In this document: one piece after another, positions 63,233 through 64,000 of the stretch | Layout of the letters: each line of letters begins with the position of its first letter | How positions within the stretch are numbered: position 1 is the stretch's first letter | NCBI GenBank assembly: GCA_963770895.1 | Contig: CAVYRF010000002.1 | Span: forward strand, 3,588,555 to 3,652,554 | Length of the DNA: 64,000 nt | Reading direction: 5' to 3' | DNA from: an uncultured Acidobacteriota bacterium | Lineage (GTDB): Bacteria > Acidobacteriota > Thermoanaerobaculia > Multivoradales > UBA5704 | Notes under the pieces: generated by a model | What the model saw: only the letters and a program-made list of their open reading frames with translations | What the model was told of the DNA's origin: nothing | The model's database searches: none | Translations under genes and position numbers: made by a program

Positions 63233-63956
63233 GCCGCGCGATCTGCGGCTTTCGCGCCGTGACCTGTTCCGCATTGGGATGGTGGCCGCCCCGGCCGCGC
63301 TGTCCGCGGCCTGCTGGGACGGCGGCCCCTGGGTCGGGGCGAAGCTGCATGCGTTCTCGCGCTTGAACGATTGGGTGAGCGAGAACATCTGGCTGTCCTC
63401 GACCCGTCTGGCGCCGCAATATCCCCATTCGCAGCGCACGCCGGCGCGGGATTTCCCGGCCTACGCCCAGACGCGACCCTACCTGCCGGTGCCCGCCGAT
63501 CCGGCGCACTGGTCGCTTGCCGTGGGCGGCCTGGTCGCCAAGCCGTTCCACCTCACCGTGGCGATGGCTCAGGCGCTGCCGCGCGTGACCTACACCGTCA
63601 AGCACCACTGCGTCGAAGGGTGGACGGCGATCGCCACCTGGACCGGGGTGCCGCTCGCGACGATCATCGCCATGGCGCAGCCGACGCCGGCAGCGCGATA
63701 CATCCGCTTCGACACCTTCGACAACGGCTACTCGAACGGCTGGGACCTGAAGAGCGCGATGCATCCCCAGACCATCCTCGCCTACGGCTGGAACGACCGC
63801 CCGCTGACCGCGGCCCACGGCGCACCGCTGCGCCTGTACTCGCCCAACAAGCTCGGCTACAAGCTCACCAAGTTTGTCAGCGCCATGACCTTCACCGTCG
63901 AACGCCCCGGCGGCTTCTGGGAAGACCAGGGCTATCCCTGGTTCGGCGGCATCTGA
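63225..63956 (+). CDS. Tat-exported molybdopterin-dependent oxidoreductase (sulfite-oxidase family, YedY/MsrP-like catalytic subunit)
   Basis: ATG at 63225 with a GGGAGG RBS. Tat signal 'SRRDLFRIGMVAAPAALSAAC'. 'VKHHCVEGWTAIATWTGVPL' carries the conserved Mo-ligand Cys region. '...LRLYSPNKLGYKLTKFV' is also present. Confidence 0.75.
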   Translation: MTEPRDLRLSRRDLFRIGMVAAPAALSAACWDGGPWVGAKLHAFSRLNDWVSENIWLSSTRLAPQYPHSQRTPARDFPAYAQTRPYLPVPADPAHWSLAVGGLVAKPFHLTVAMAQALPRVTYTVKHHCVEGWTAIATWTGVPLATIIAMAQPTPAARYIRFDTFDNGYSNGWDLKSAMHPQTILAYGWNDRPLTAAHGAPLRLYSPNKLGYKLTKFVSAMTFTVERPGGFWEDQGYPWFGGI

Positions 63957-64000
63957 AACGCCGGCGGTCAGTCTGGTGGATCTCGGCCGCGCCGCCGGTC

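Noticed and set aside
1-64000. CRISPR arrays, tRNA/rRNA genes, IS elements/transposases, integrases
   Set aside because: No regularly spaced direct repeats with unique spacers. No tRNA-like cloverleaf signatures in the few lower-GC intergenic regions (42.85-43.05 kb, 58.7-59.05 kb, 46.3-46.55 kb). No transposase or integrase motifs in any called ORF.

Overview
This is a high-GC (~70%), gene-dense bacterial chromosomal segment. I see no rRNA, tRNA, CRISPR array, transposase or integrase. Many long ORFs in the six-frame track are GC-driven antisense or overlap artefacts. I called genes only where I could read family-specific motifs, signal peptides, RBS/start context or translational coupling.

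Main blocks:
(1) 1-4 kb: cell-envelope glycan genes: a GT-C-type membrane protein (5' partial), a GT2 glycosyltransferase, and a sulfotransferase-GT2 fusion.
(2) 4.1-8.9 kb: liv-type branched-chain amino-acid ABC transporter operon on the minus strand (livK, livH, a livM-livG fusion, livF).
(3) 9-21 kb: a GT-C membrane glycosyltransferase divergent from two giant secreted repeat proteins (1547 and 1348 aa). The end of the first giant gene plus the overlapping next gene form a clearly lower-GC cassette encoding a Cys-rich C-terminal module.
(4) 21-23.4 kb: a truncated PAP2/vanadium-haloperoxidase-like remnant, a low-GC small secreted Cys-containing protein, and tatA.
(5) 23.7-36.5 kb: a complete P-type (Trb) type IV secretion operon, trbB-C-D-E-J-L-F-G-I, with 4-nt ATGA start/stop overlaps. 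It continues into a ParB/KorB-like gene and a DUF11-repeat surface protein with an IPTL-CTERM-like tail. Upstream sits an AT-rich sigma70-like promoter with a palindromic operator and a 39-bp tandem-repeat array. No coupling protein or relaxase lies in the window.
(6) 36.8-42.9 kb: a sulfatase-like gene and a 1572-aa GT4-GT4-methyltransferase fusion.
(7) 43-64 kb: a beta-helix protein, an MFS transporter, a low-GC K/N-rich membrane-anchored protein divergent from a secreted ankyrin-repeat protein, an ECF sigma/anti-sigma pair flanked by two DUF-like secreted proteins, an S9 peptidase with a TolB-like propeller, a GNAT, a BNR/Vps10-like propeller, apaH, another GT-C-like membrane protein, an LmbE-ThuA fusion, and a cytochrome b / Mo-oxidoreductase pair.
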